Source: an uncultured virus (IMG/VR IMGVR_UViG_3300043443_000309) (Duplodnaviria > Heunggongvirae > Uroviricota > Caudoviricetes). From it: a stretch of DNA of 64,000 bases. How positions within the stretch are numbered: the first letter of the stretch is position 1; each line of letters begins with the position of its first letter. Under the pieces are notes generated by a model that had not been told where the DNA came from, searched no databases, and worked only from the letters and a program-made list of their open reading frames with translations. Below, piece by piece: positions 34,868-44,212 of this stretch. The translations under genes and the position numbers were made by a program. The stretch lies in IMG/VR virus record IMGVR_UViG_3300043443_000309. The stretch is one strand, 5' to 3'.

Positions 34868-35668
34868 ATGAATAATAACATTAAATGCGATGAGTTAGTG
34901 TTAGGTAAAAATGTCGTTATTGAACCGTCCGCGATAATTCGAGGATTAAACGGTAACGCAAAGAGAATCGTAATAGGCGACAATACCTACATAGGCAATG
35001 ATGTTCAAATCATCTGTGATGATTTAGAAGTCGGGGACTATACCAAGATCCATCATCATACAAACATACATGGATACAAACCATGTAAAATTGGACATAA
35101 CGTTTGGATAGGACAATACTGTATTATTGATACTATCGGTGGTACAACAATTGGAAATAACTGCGGCATCGGCGCACATTCACAATTATGGAGTCACATA
35201 AAATACGGAGATACGCTAGAGGGTTGCAGGTTCTTGTCACAAGATGAATTAAAAATTGGAAATGATGTCTGGTTTGTCGGGCACTGCATAGTTTCTCCAA
35301 TAAAAGCTGAAGATAAGTCTATGGCGCTAGCAGGCTCGGTTGTGACTAGGAACATGGAGTTTAATTCTATCTATGCTGGCACCCCGGCTAAGAACATCAG
35401 TGACAAGATCGGACACCAGTTTGATGAAATTCCTGTTCATGAAAAAGAAATTATTATGCATAAACATCTCCAAGAGTTTACTAGCTCAGAGCAAGTTGCT
35501 TTAGAGAACATAAAAATAGTTTCATCTCCTGAGCATGTTAGATTTGATGATCAAACTTCGTATTTTGACGTTTCAACTAGAAGATACACCAAGAAAGGAA
35601 CGTCTGAAGAGGTTAAGTTTATGAAGTTCTTGCTGCCCGAAAAAGGAAAATTTATTCCTTTTGAATAG
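34868..35668 (+). CDS. hexapeptide-repeat (LbH) acyltransferase
   Basis: IGDNTYIG, IGHNVWIG, IGNDVW, GSVVT, AGTPAK. Confidence 0.85.
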   Translation: MNNNIKCDELVLGKNVVIEPSAIIRGLNGNAKRIVIGDNTYIGNDVQIICDDLEVGDYTKIHHHTNIHGYKPCKIGHNVWIGQYCIIDTIGGTTIGNNCGIGAHSQLWSHIKYGDTLEGCRFLSQDELKIGNDVWFVGHCIVSPIKAEDKSMALAGSVVTRNMEFNSIYAGTPAKNISDKIGHQFDEIPVHEKEIIMHKHLQEFTSSEQVALENIKIVSSPEHVRFDDQTSYFDVSTRRYTKKGTSEEVKFMKFLLPEKGKFIPFE

Positions 35669-35669
35669 C

Positions 35670-35698
35670 TTGCATTTCCTTTTGATGTTTGTTATAGT
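35670..35698 (+). promoter_or_regulatory. sigma70-type promoter
   Basis: TTGCAT-N17-TATAGT with TG extension. Confidence 0.5.
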
Positions 35699-35721
35699 GT
35701 AGAGAACAGGTAAGAATAGTA

Positions 35722-36345
35722 ATGTTACATAATCCGTACAAAATTATAAAGATGTTTGAAGAAGAGGTGGCTAATTACGCTGGCTCTAAGTATGCGGTGT
35801 CTACTGATAGTTGTACCGACGCCCTGCTGTTGACATGCAAATACCTTTCTGTTAAAGAAGTCACAATCCCAGCTAGAACGTATCTGTCAGTACCACAGTC
35901 AATCTTACATGCTGGAGGCACAGTTAACTTCGAAGAACTTAGGTGGAAAGGTATCTATCAGTTAAAGCCGTACCCTATCTACGATGCAGCCAAGAGGTTC
36001 ACTTCTGGGATGTACATACCGAATAGCTTTATGTGCTTATCCTTTCACATTAAGAAGCACCTAAAGATAGGAAAAGGTGGTATGATCCTAACTGATGATT
36101 ATGAAGCGGTTAAATGGTTTAGACGAGCTAGATACGAAGGACGAGGAGAGGTAATGTATCATGAAGATGAAATAGACATAAATGGATACAATGCCTACAT
36201 GACACCAGAACAGGCTGCTAGGGGCCTGATGCTGATGCAGAACTACCCACTCCACAATGAAGACCTACCAGAAGAGCCACAGTATCGAGATCTTAGAGAG
36301 TTCTCATTGTTCTCAAATTGCAAAACAGTGAGTTTGGAACAATGA
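35722..36345 (+). CDS. short DegT/DnrJ/EryC1/StrS-family aminotransferase
   Basis: FEEEVA, SCTDAL, DAA, SFHIKK, GGMILTD; only 207 aa. Confidence 0.8.
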   Translation: MLHNPYKIIKMFEEEVANYAGSKYAVSTDSCTDALLLTCKYLSVKEVTIPARTYLSVPQSILHAGGTVNFEELRWKGIYQLKPYPIYDAAKRFTSGMYIPNSFMCLSFHIKKHLKIGKGGMILTDDYEAVKWFRRARYEGRGEVMYHEDEIDINGYNAYMTPEQAARGLMLMQNYPLHNEDLPEEPQYRDLREFSLFSNCKTVSLEQ

Positions 36346-37301
36346 AGTTGGTTGTAATAACTGGATGCCTTGGTCTTATTGGACACCATGTTACTAGAAA
36401 CTGCCTTGAGAAAGGTTGGAAGGTATTCGGGATCGATAAAATGACGTATGCAGCAAATAAATGGGCTTTGGACGAATTCCTACAGAATCCGAACTTTACC
36501 TTTTTGCAAGAAGACATCTGTAGCCTATCCAAACTCCCAGACTGTGACTATGTTATTAATCTGGCAGCAGAAACACATGTTGAGAATAGCATCACTAATA
36601 GCGATAACTTTATTTCCTCCAATGTCTTGGGAACACAGAGGATCTTAGAATTAATCAGGAATAAGCATAACAACGTATTTAAGCGACCAACTCTAATTCA
36701 TTTTAGTACTGATGAAGTCTATGGCGACATAAAACATGGTTCACATACAGAGAGCGACGTTCTGAAGCCTAGCAATCCTTATTCGGCATCGAAAGCATCA
36801 GCAGACATGTTAATCATGGCATGGTCTAGAACCTATAACATTGATTATGTGATTATAAGACCAACCAACAATTATGGCATCGGACAATACCCAGAGAAAT
36901 TCATACCACTCTGTGTGAAACTGCTTTCAGTAGGTAGGAAAATCAATCTCCATGATCATGGAAATCCGGTTAGAAGTTGGCTCCACGCAGATGACACGGC
37001 TGATGCTGTTATCACGATAATTGAGAGTGGGAAGACCAATGAGATTTACAACATTTCTGGAAATCTAGAACAAAGAAACATTGTTACTGCAACTAAGATA
37101 GTTGAGACCTTCAGAAATAAAGCTTTAGAAAAAGAAGAAGAAAGCAATTACTTCAATCTAGAATTTTGTCGAATTGGACAAGATGTTAGATACTCTTTGG
37201 ATGATTCCAAACTTAGAAGTTTGGGATGGGCACCCAAGAAGCAGTTCGACTTAGAATTGCCAAAAATAGTTGATTATTACAAGACCAATTTTAGATGGTA
37301 A
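36342..37301 (+). CDS. rfbB: NDP-glucose 4,6-dehydratase (RmlB/RfbB-like)
   Basis: TGCLGLIG, DKMTYA, AAETHV, STDEVYG, YSASK, NNYG.GQYPEK. Confidence 0.88.
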   Translation: MKLVVITGCLGLIGHHVTRNCLEKGWKVFGIDKMTYAANKWALDEFLQNPNFTFLQEDICSLSKLPDCDYVINLAAETHVENSITNSDNFISSNVLGTQRILELIRNKHNNVFKRPTLIHFSTDEVYGDIKHGSHTESDVLKPSNPYSASKASADMLIMAWSRTYNIDYVIIRPTNNYGIGQYPEKFIPLCVKLLSVGRKINLHDHGNPVRSWLHADDTADAVITIIESGKTNEIYNISGNLEQRNIVTATKIVETFRNKALEKEEESNYFNLEFCRIGQDVRYSLDDSKLRSLGWAPKKQFDLELPKIVDYYKTNFRW

Positions 37302-37313
37302 AAGGAGCAACAA

Positions 37314-37514
37314 ATGACAACTGAATTTCACTTTAGCGACCAAGCAATTGGCGCACTTATGATGGCACTACAAAAGTCCTTGTTAGAGCAGAGCGACATC
37401 GTTCCGGTTCTGAGAGACTTCCGTTTCAGACTATCAGAGCAAGGTCTAGTGGTTATGAATCCACCTGTCGTAAAGTTTGATGAAAGTTCGTTTGGCGAAG
37501 ATCTGGAAGACTGA
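37314..37514 (+). CDS. hypothetical protein
   Basis: AAGGAG RBS. Confidence 0.7.
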   Translation: MTTEFHFSDQAIGALMMALQKSLLEQSDIVPVLRDFRFRLSEQGLVVMNPPVVKFDESSFGEDLED

Positions 37515-37516
37515 TC

Positions 37517-37774
37517 ATGCCAAGGTATGATTATCTTTGCCAAAAATGCGATAAGTCGCTGACTCTGGTGCATGGCATTTCGGAGTCAGTTGACAATTGC
37601 GATTGCGGACAGAACGGTAAGCTAGAACGTCAGCTATCGGATTTATTTTGCAAAAGTTCCAAAACTTCCTTGTCAAAGCCGGGTCAACTTGTTATAGAGT
37701 ACATAGAGCAAGCCAAGAAAGAAGTTTCTCAAGAGAAGAAAACCTTGGTAAAGGAATACGACGTTGACAATTGA
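37517..37774 (+). CDS. FmdB-like zinc-ribbon protein
   Basis: MPRYDYLCQKC...CDCG. Confidence 0.75.
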   Translation: MPRYDYLCQKCDKSLTLVHGISESVDNCDCGQNGKLERQLSDLFCKSSKTSLSKPGQLVIEYIEQAKKEVSQEKKTLVKEYDVDN

Positions 37775-38168
37775 ACTGAATGGTTGGACAGCAGCATTCT
37801 TGCTATCCTTGGCCGTTATAGTATTACTGCTTTCGTATGTTAGGTTCTTACTGAGAAATCTAAACTTCGTGTCATCAAATCTAACAGAACTGAACAACGA
37901 AGCTGTTAGTTTCGCAGCACATCTAAAAAGCATTTATGAACTTGAAAGCTTTTATGGTGATGAAACCCTCGGCGGCTTGCTTGAGCATGGTATGTATTTT
38001 ACAACCAAAATCGAACAGTTTTCTGACATCATGGATTTGACAAACGAGCCTGTTCAAGAACTCGATGAAGAGGAAGAAGAACAAAATGACGAACAAACCG
38101 AGAATGAGCCGAACTTCAAAACCAACCAAGAAGTACTTTACGCAGGAACACGAAGACGCGATTCTTGA
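37764..38168 (+). CDS. membrane-anchored protein
   Basis: N-terminal TM helix; acidic tail. Confidence 0.7.
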   Translation: MTIELNGWTAAFLLSLAVIVLLLSYVRFLLRNLNFVSSNLTELNNEAVSFAAHLKSIYELESFYGDETLGGLLEHGMYFTTKIEQFSDIMDLTNEPVQELDEEEEEQNDEQTENEPNFKTNQEVLYAGTRRRDS

Positions 38169-38787
38169 GTACGTCGCTACCAACGACAAGAAGATAAGAA
38201 CTGATCTGTATGTAAAACTTATCGGACCAGCATTCGATGAAATGGTAGACAAGATAGTCTTTACATACAAGTTTACTACATTACCAAACATAGATTATTT
38301 GCGTGATGAGTGTAAGATTTGGCTTATAACGATTCTGGACAAGTACGACGTAAACCAAGGCTCAAAAGCATTCTCGTACTTCTCAGTTATAACCAAGAAT
38401 TGGTTTATTCATAAAGTCAAGCGCAAGTCTAAGAAGAACCAGACCGAACTTGACATTCAAGAAATGCCAAAAGATCTTGAATTGCGCTATCTATCAGAAG
38501 ATAACCATTACGAGGCCAACAGAGAACACGACGAGCTTATTGACAATCTTCGTGCCAACATGATTGATTGGATGGAAGATAGCGACAAGCCAAACGATGA
38601 GAAAGTAATAAAAGCCATACAAGTGCTTTTTGAATCAGCCCACGAAATCGAAATTTTCAATAAGAAAGCTATTTACTTATACTTGAGAGAGATAACAGGT
38701 CTAAACACCAAACAAGTTGTTTCTTCTCTCAAGAGACTGAAGCTTAACTACCAAGAGTTTCGACAAGAATGGGATAAGGATCTATGA
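38086..38787 (+). CDS. phage sigma factor (T4 gp55-like, late transcription)
   Basis: KYFT, KYD...SKAFSYFSVITKN (sigma region 2-like); start uncertain. Confidence 0.75.
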   Translation: MTNKPRMSRTSKPTKKYFTQEHEDAILEYVATNDKKIRTDLYVKLIGPAFDEMVDKIVFTYKFTTLPNIDYLRDECKIWLITILDKYDVNQGSKAFSYFSVITKNWFIHKVKRKSKKNQTELDIQEMPKDLELRYLSEDNHYEANREHDELIDNLRANMIDWMEDSDKPNDEKVIKAIQVLFESAHEIEIFNKKAIYLYLREITGLNTKQVVSSLKRLKLNYQEFRQEWDKDL

Positions 38788-39077
38788 GCAACGAAGTTGA
38801 CAAACACATAGCCAGTGCCATAAAGAACATTGAAGACGATAGAGAAGTTACTAGAGAGCTTCTTGATGATGTTATGCGTCTTCTTGCCAAAGACGAAGAA
38901 AACCATAAGTTTGCCGGTTCCGTTGCAGCCAAGTATGTAGAAACGCTGCAACGTTCGAATGAGCAACTAGTAAAGATTGCCATGATACTTCAGAAGCGTG
39001 AAACCGCTGCTGCCGACATCACGGAGTTAGATAAAGATAAGATTTTCGATCTACTTCAGAATGACGGAGGAAACTGA
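38784..39077 (+). CDS. hypothetical helical protein
   Basis: ATGA-coupled to the sigma gene. Confidence 0.7.
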   Translation: MSNEVDKHIASAIKNIEDDREVTRELLDDVMRLLAKDEENHKFAGSVAAKYVETLQRSNEQLVKIAMILQKRETAAADITELDKDKIFDLLQNDGGN

Positions 39078-39079
39078 GC

Positions 39080-40732
39080 GTGGTCCACAAGATTTCCAAT
39101 GATACGATGGTTGTTGCTAACCAAAAGGAAGCCAACAACATAGCCGACATCGCAGCACAAACAATCGATCCAATCTCATCTATCAAACAGGGAACTAGAA
39201 ATGCGTTACTAGGTTCAGAACCTACTAAGACAGGCCCACGCTTAGGACAAGTGCTTGCAATCCAAACCACGATTATAAGACCGGCAGAACTAAACTACTT
39301 TTCTAATCAAGAGATTGTGACAGAAGGTGGCGAACAAGAATGGATGTGTGCTATCTGCCGTATTCCCGACATGCACTCAGCAGTCCCAGATCCAGATTCA
39401 GCTTTAGTTAGTAATACTACAAAACCAACCATAAAGGATTGGAGTAGGCTTAGGGCAAACATTGGAAAGTTTTATGCTCCTAAAGCTTCTATTCTTGCGA
39501 AAGGGGTAACAAGCGTCGAAATTGGTGATTGGCTAGAAGTTGAATTTCAAGATAATACAATTTTAACAAATGGAATCATAAAAAGCGTCTATCATAAGAC
39601 TAATGCTGCTGGCTATGGCGCTCCCGGAACAGGAGGATCTGTTCCAAGCAATGGAGGACCAACTGGAGTAGGATCGCCTGGCTTCTTATGTGATCCTAAC
39701 GAACCCTCATGCTCTCAAGTAAAGACCAGCAAAGAAGGTGTTACTGTATGCATCTATGATAACAATAATAGAACCTTTCCTTCTGCATCTAGACTAAAAG
39801 ATGCAATGGATAAACCATTTTCTGGTAATCTTAGTGGACCTTTACTCTTTATAAATGAAGCGTATGAACTCGGTTTAAGCTCTCCAACTGGAGATTGGGC
39901 CATCGAGCCAAATGTTGTAACTTGGATCCTGATTGCAAAAGGAGCCATGAAAGAAAATGGCGGCTCTAATGCTATTTGGACAAACATGTTCAATACATAC
40001 AAGAATAACCCAAACGCAAATCTAGCTGCAATCCATAGCAGAAAGAACGTTCGCGGGATAAGAAACAACAACCCCCAGAATGTTAGTGCTAACTTTGGAC
40101 TTCCTACTGTAGAAGACAAAAATGGAAATAGATACTCATTCCCAATAGAACCGAAACCCGGTGGTGACTATAAAGCTCAATTCTTTAAAGCTCCAACAAT
40201 GCCTGTTGGTTTTGCTGGCGGAATGTTTTGGATGGAATCATCATTTCTCGGAACAAAATCTCGTGGTACGTTGACCTCAAAATGTTTCAACAAGCCGGGA
40301 GGCCCATTTTGCGGTTGGAGCAGTAATAAAGTAATGACATTCAGACAGTTGTATTATACACTAGGGACGCCAAATCAGGACGACCCAGAAAGTTATCTTG
40401 GAGGGGTTTTGGCTGCTCTGAAAGCCTATGGATGTGAATGCAAACCAGATGAGTTTGTGGCACAAGCTGTTATTAGGTGCCAAGACATCCAAATTAAAGG
40501 TGTCTCTGCTCCTATTGGTTGTCCTAAACTTGTGGCCAGATGTCAGACCGCTTTAAACACCAGCACCCCACCCCAAGATCCTGATAATTTCTGCCCACCT
40601 AGATTTGAGGATGAATTAGCCGGAAAAGCAAACCCCGTGTCACCAACTCCGGCCCCCGCCAATCCTACGCCAGCCACTCCCGCCCCCGCAGCGCCCTCGG
40701 CGCCTCTCCCTATTGGACAGCCAAGATTCTAA
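39080..40732 (+). CDS. baseplate hub-associated protein with putative lysozyme-like domain
   Basis: OB-like GDWLEVEF; RGIRNNNPQN motif; Pro-rich tail. Confidence 0.6.
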   Translation: MVHKISNDTMVVANQKEANNIADIAAQTIDPISSIKQGTRNALLGSEPTKTGPRLGQVLAIQTTIIRPAELNYFSNQEIVTEGGEQEWMCAICRIPDMHSAVPDPDSALVSNTTKPTIKDWSRLRANIGKFYAPKASILAKGVTSVEIGDWLEVEFQDNTILTNGIIKSVYHKTNAAGYGAPGTGGSVPSNGGPTGVGSPGFLCDPNEPSCSQVKTSKEGVTVCIYDNNNRTFPSASRLKDAMDKPFSGNLSGPLLFINEAYELGLSSPTGDWAIEPNVVTWILIAKGAMKENGGSNAIWTNMFNTYKNNPNANLAAIHSRKNVRGIRNNNPQNVSANFGLPTVEDKNGNRYSFPIEPKPGGDYKAQFFKAPTMPVGFAGGMFWMESSFLGTKSRGTLTSKCFNKPGGPFCGWSSNKVMTFRQLYYTLGTPNQDDPESYLGGVLAALKAYGCECKPDEFVAQAVIRCQDIQIKGVSAPIGCPKLVARCQTALNTSTPPQDPDNFCPPRFEDELAGKANPVSPTPAPANPTPATPAPAAPSAPLPIGQPRF

Positions 40733-40749
40733 CATAAGGAATTCCTACC

Positions 40750-41790
40750 TTGCGATTATTCGAAAATAAAGATCTAAAATCTGGTCGTTCTGACGAAAGC
40801 CCCCTTGATAACTTACCAAAGTCTGATAAGGGTGCCCTGCGTATTCTAACAGCGACAAGAAAACTATCACAACCAGACTATAGACCAGAACAAAAAGACA
40901 TCTTTCTCGGTAATCCGTTACAAAGGGATAGGATCTTCAAAGGTGGCTTGAATGGCGATTCCATGCCAGAGAACGTACCAGAGCATAATCGTGCGGATTA
41001 TGAGGTAGTACACTCAAACAATAATAATGCATTCGTTATTATTGGTCGAGATAGACCAAGCAGTAAATCGAGTGGTTACGGAAACTTAGGTGCAACCGGC
41101 GCGGGTGCTATCTATCTAAAAACAGGTATCGCTACGCCTCCGAAAATGCGTGGGAAAGAAGTAAAGGTTTACGCAGAAAACAATTTCAAAACAGATGCAG
41201 CAGGTATCTATGTCTCACAGCTTACCGACATTGATAACAATTACGAACTAGCTAGAGGTTCTTTGAGCTTAAGAAACAAATCTGGTATTGGCCTCAAAGC
41301 AGATGGTGTTAGAATTATTGCTAGAGAAAACATCAAGCTTGTTACTGGTCCATTTACAAAAGAACAAGATTCATTGGGCGGTAAGAGGATCAGTTACAAT
41401 GGTATTGACATTATAGCTGGAAATAACGACGAAAATTTGCAGCCAATGGTACTTGGAAGAAACTTGGAAAACTGTCTCAAAGACATGCTTTCCCTTATGA
41501 CAGGTTTATCTGCAATGATGGACCAATTTATAATAGCTCAAGATAACTTTGAGAATGCCCTTACGAAGCACAATCATCCTCTCTCCACGACATCGACCGG
41601 AGAGCCGCTTTCTATCCTGTCAGATCCTATTGTAAAAAGTTCAAAGGCAATAAAAGCGGCAAGAATGACACAAAATGTAAATACAAAATTAATTTCATGG
41701 CGTGAAGAGATTGCTGACTTTAGGGCTAGGTATCTAGATAGTAAAGCAGGTTCAGATTCTATTCTGAGTGCCCACAACAAGGTAAATTAA
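40750..41790 (+). CDS. baseplate central spike (gp5/gpV-like)
   Basis: KADGVRIIARENIKL, QPMVLG, HNH near C-terminus. Confidence 0.6.
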   Translation: MRLFENKDLKSGRSDESPLDNLPKSDKGALRILTATRKLSQPDYRPEQKDIFLGNPLQRDRIFKGGLNGDSMPENVPEHNRADYEVVHSNNNNAFVIIGRDRPSSKSSGYGNLGATGAGAIYLKTGIATPPKMRGKEVKVYAENNFKTDAAGIYVSQLTDIDNNYELARGSLSLRNKSGIGLKADGVRIIARENIKLVTGPFTKEQDSLGGKRISYNGIDIIAGNNDENLQPMVLGRNLENCLKDMLSLMTGLSAMMDQFIIAQDNFENALTKHNHPLSTTSTGEPLSILSDPIVKSSKAIKAARMTQNVNTKLISWREEIADFRARYLDSKAGSDSILSAHNKVN

Positions 41791-41791
41791 G

Positions 41792-44188
41792 ATGTTATTA
41801 CCAAAACCAGTTCCTCCTGTAAGACGCACTTACACAGGTCCAACAGTACCAGATAACCTATCGATAAACGATAACTATGATCCAGTAGTAGCTGTACAAC
41901 AAACTGCTTTTGGTGCTCTTGGGACAATTGGAACTCCTGATAGCGATTGTTATGGTCTTTGGCCCGATCCGTTTACAGAATGTCAAGATTTACTTAGTAT
42001 ACTGGAAAAGGATAATAGAATTTCTGCATACTATGAATTACTGTACCAGAACGTAAGTGGTCCAAACATTTCGCTTCCTTTTGTAGAAGGTACTGTGAGA
42101 GCTATTCTGGCACAAGCAGCAGACATGCCAACTCTAGGGGATCGATTTATCACTTCTATTATTGGGCATCTAACATCTGATTCTTGGTGGGAAACACCGG
42201 AGGGTGAGAAGATAGGTATAGCAGACCCAAGATACTCGGACTTTTCCTTAGATAGAACCGGATGGTTCTTTAATGGAAATCCTCAAACCGCGACAGAAAG
42301 ACTGCTCTATGATGCCTATCGTGAGGCTATGGAGCTATTCAGCTCGGGTATTGGCCCTTTAATACCTTTCGACATCACCGGTAATAACTATAGTAAAGAG
42401 TGTACAGGAAGACCATTCACAGTTACAGCCGGAAGTGTGTCTGCGCTTATAGGATGGGTACAAGCAGTGGCTGAATGGGGACCAGACGCTGTGCGCCGTG
42501 GGGATTATACAGGAGAATACTACCAAGGCCAGCCTTCCCAAGTAGAACAAGAGGCAACATTCTTCAACATGTGTCTTTCTGCGAAAGAATGTATCAAACA
42601 GTATCGTCTGAGCTATCCTGTCGAATACGAATCGGATGTAAACAATCTTACACCTGAACAGCTTGAAATACTAACCACGACATACACCGCTGACGCTGAT
42701 TTGTCTATACTTACTCCTATACTTAATTCGGCGTTGGTTAAGATACAAGAAGCTTTAACTGTTGCGCTTGATCCACGTTACTACACAGGAATAGATGGTA
42801 TAACAAGCCCTGTTGACTACGGCATAATGCATAATGAGGCATTATACAGAGTTGCTATTAGTTTGCTAGCATTCAAGAATACTATAAATTTGATTCTAGA
42901 ATCTTTTGTTGGATCGAATCTATCAAATGAAGTACAAGATTATAATGATTACATCGATGACTTACTCACCCAGCAAGAAGAAGAGTACGAAAGAAGGCTA
43001 GAAGAGGATGCAGAACGCCGAGCCGCAAGAGAAATCGCTGAAGCAGAACGACTAAAAGTGTGTATCTTACCACCAGCCACACTCAAAAATGAATGTACGA
43101 GTGTCCGGCAAACAGATGCTAAGTCTTTTATTTCTGACTGGACTGTAAGAAATGACAAAGAAACTTTCTACGACCCAGATAAGAAAGTTTACTATGTCGT
43201 ATACGATGTAGTCTCTTTAGACCTTGGCGAGTTACAAAGAAATAGTGATTCTTACATGCTAGCTTCCTATGACATACTAGATGAAAAGTATAAATTAGAT
43301 GCGATACAGCGAACATTGGATGATACGACATCACAGGATTCAATCAGAAAATTCATGAAACTCGAAGATCTCTATCTAGAACCGAGAGCTTATAAACCTT
43401 CTAAGATCCTATTCAGTCTTGATGAAGTTGAAATGAACAAGTTTATGCAAGGCACGATAGTTTCATCTGTTAAGCCAAGAGTAGGAGAGTTCCAACCACC
43501 AACCGATAAATTTATAAAGACTTATACATTTAGTATTGAAGAGTTCTTTCAGTCTCTAGAAGCATTTGAAGGAATCTTAAAGAAATACGTTTTTGATTAT
43601 GCTTTGTGGAAAGTTACATTCGGTAATGAAACTTTGGCCGTGCAAAATTTAGCAATTAGTGCTAGTTCGATTTTTAATAAACTAAAGATCGGTATCTTGA
43701 AGCAAGATTCAAAGAACTTTCAAAACTTTAGACCAATCTTCTATAAGTTATTATCGAAGAATGGTGTGGCCATAAAACAAGACCCAAGAAGTGCAAACAT
43801 AGGTGATTATTTAATAGATGATCGTATAATACTCACTTTTACATTTAATCCCGGTGCCGGTGTTGAACCTCCGAAAACAGTCGCAGGTTCTGGAATTGTT
43901 GATAATACTCCAATAAGCACCGCTAGTAGTCCTCCTACCAAGAACGCAGGATCTGGATTAGCGCCCGGTATGGTTGGTGGTACTGGTATAAAACTCTTTA
44001 GAGCGCAAATAAAGAGTGCTTCAAGACCACCTGTTGACTTAGTATGGAAATCAGACGATCCATTCGGTGGTGAACTCGATGGAATAAACGGTTTAGAAGT
44101 ATTCAAACAAGAGACCGCAATGAACTACTTGATGAATTTGGATACATTACTGAACTACCTACTACCAAACAAAAACGACCGCGTATAG
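41792..44188 (+). CDS. large structural protein
   Basis: 798-aa ORF within the baseplate operon. Confidence 0.75.
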   Translation: MLLPKPVPPVRRTYTGPTVPDNLSINDNYDPVVAVQQTAFGALGTIGTPDSDCYGLWPDPFTECQDLLSILEKDNRISAYYELLYQNVSGPNISLPFVEGTVRAILAQAADMPTLGDRFITSIIGHLTSDSWWETPEGEKIGIADPRYSDFSLDRTGWFFNGNPQTATERLLYDAYREAMELFSSGIGPLIPFDITGNNYSKECTGRPFTVTAGSVSALIGWVQAVAEWGPDAVRRGDYTGEYYQGQPSQVEQEATFFNMCLSAKECIKQYRLSYPVEYESDVNNLTPEQLEILTTTYTADADLSILTPILNSALVKIQEALTVALDPRYYTGIDGITSPVDYGIMHNEALYRVAISLLAFKNTINLILESFVGSNLSNEVQDYNDYIDDLLTQQEEEYERRLEEDAERRAAREIAEAERLKVCILPPATLKNECTSVRQTDAKSFISDWTVRNDKETFYDPDKKVYYVVYDVVSLDLGELQRNSDSYMLASYDILDEKYKLDAIQRTLDDTTSQDSIRKFMKLEDLYLEPRAYKPSKILFSLDEVEMNKFMQGTIVSSVKPRVGEFQPPTDKFIKTYTFSIEEFFQSLEAFEGILKKYVFDYALWKVTFGNETLAVQNLAISASSIFNKLKIGILKQDSKNFQNFRPIFYKLLSKNGVAIKQDPRSANIGDYLIDDRIILTFTFNPGAGVEPPKTVAGSGIVDNTPISTASSPPTKNAGSGLAPGMVGGTGIKLFRAQIKSASRPPVDLVWKSDDPFGGELDGINGLEVFKQETAMNYLMNLDTLLNYLLPNKNDRV

Positions 44189-44212
44189 CTACTTATAAAG
44201 TAAGGAAATAAA

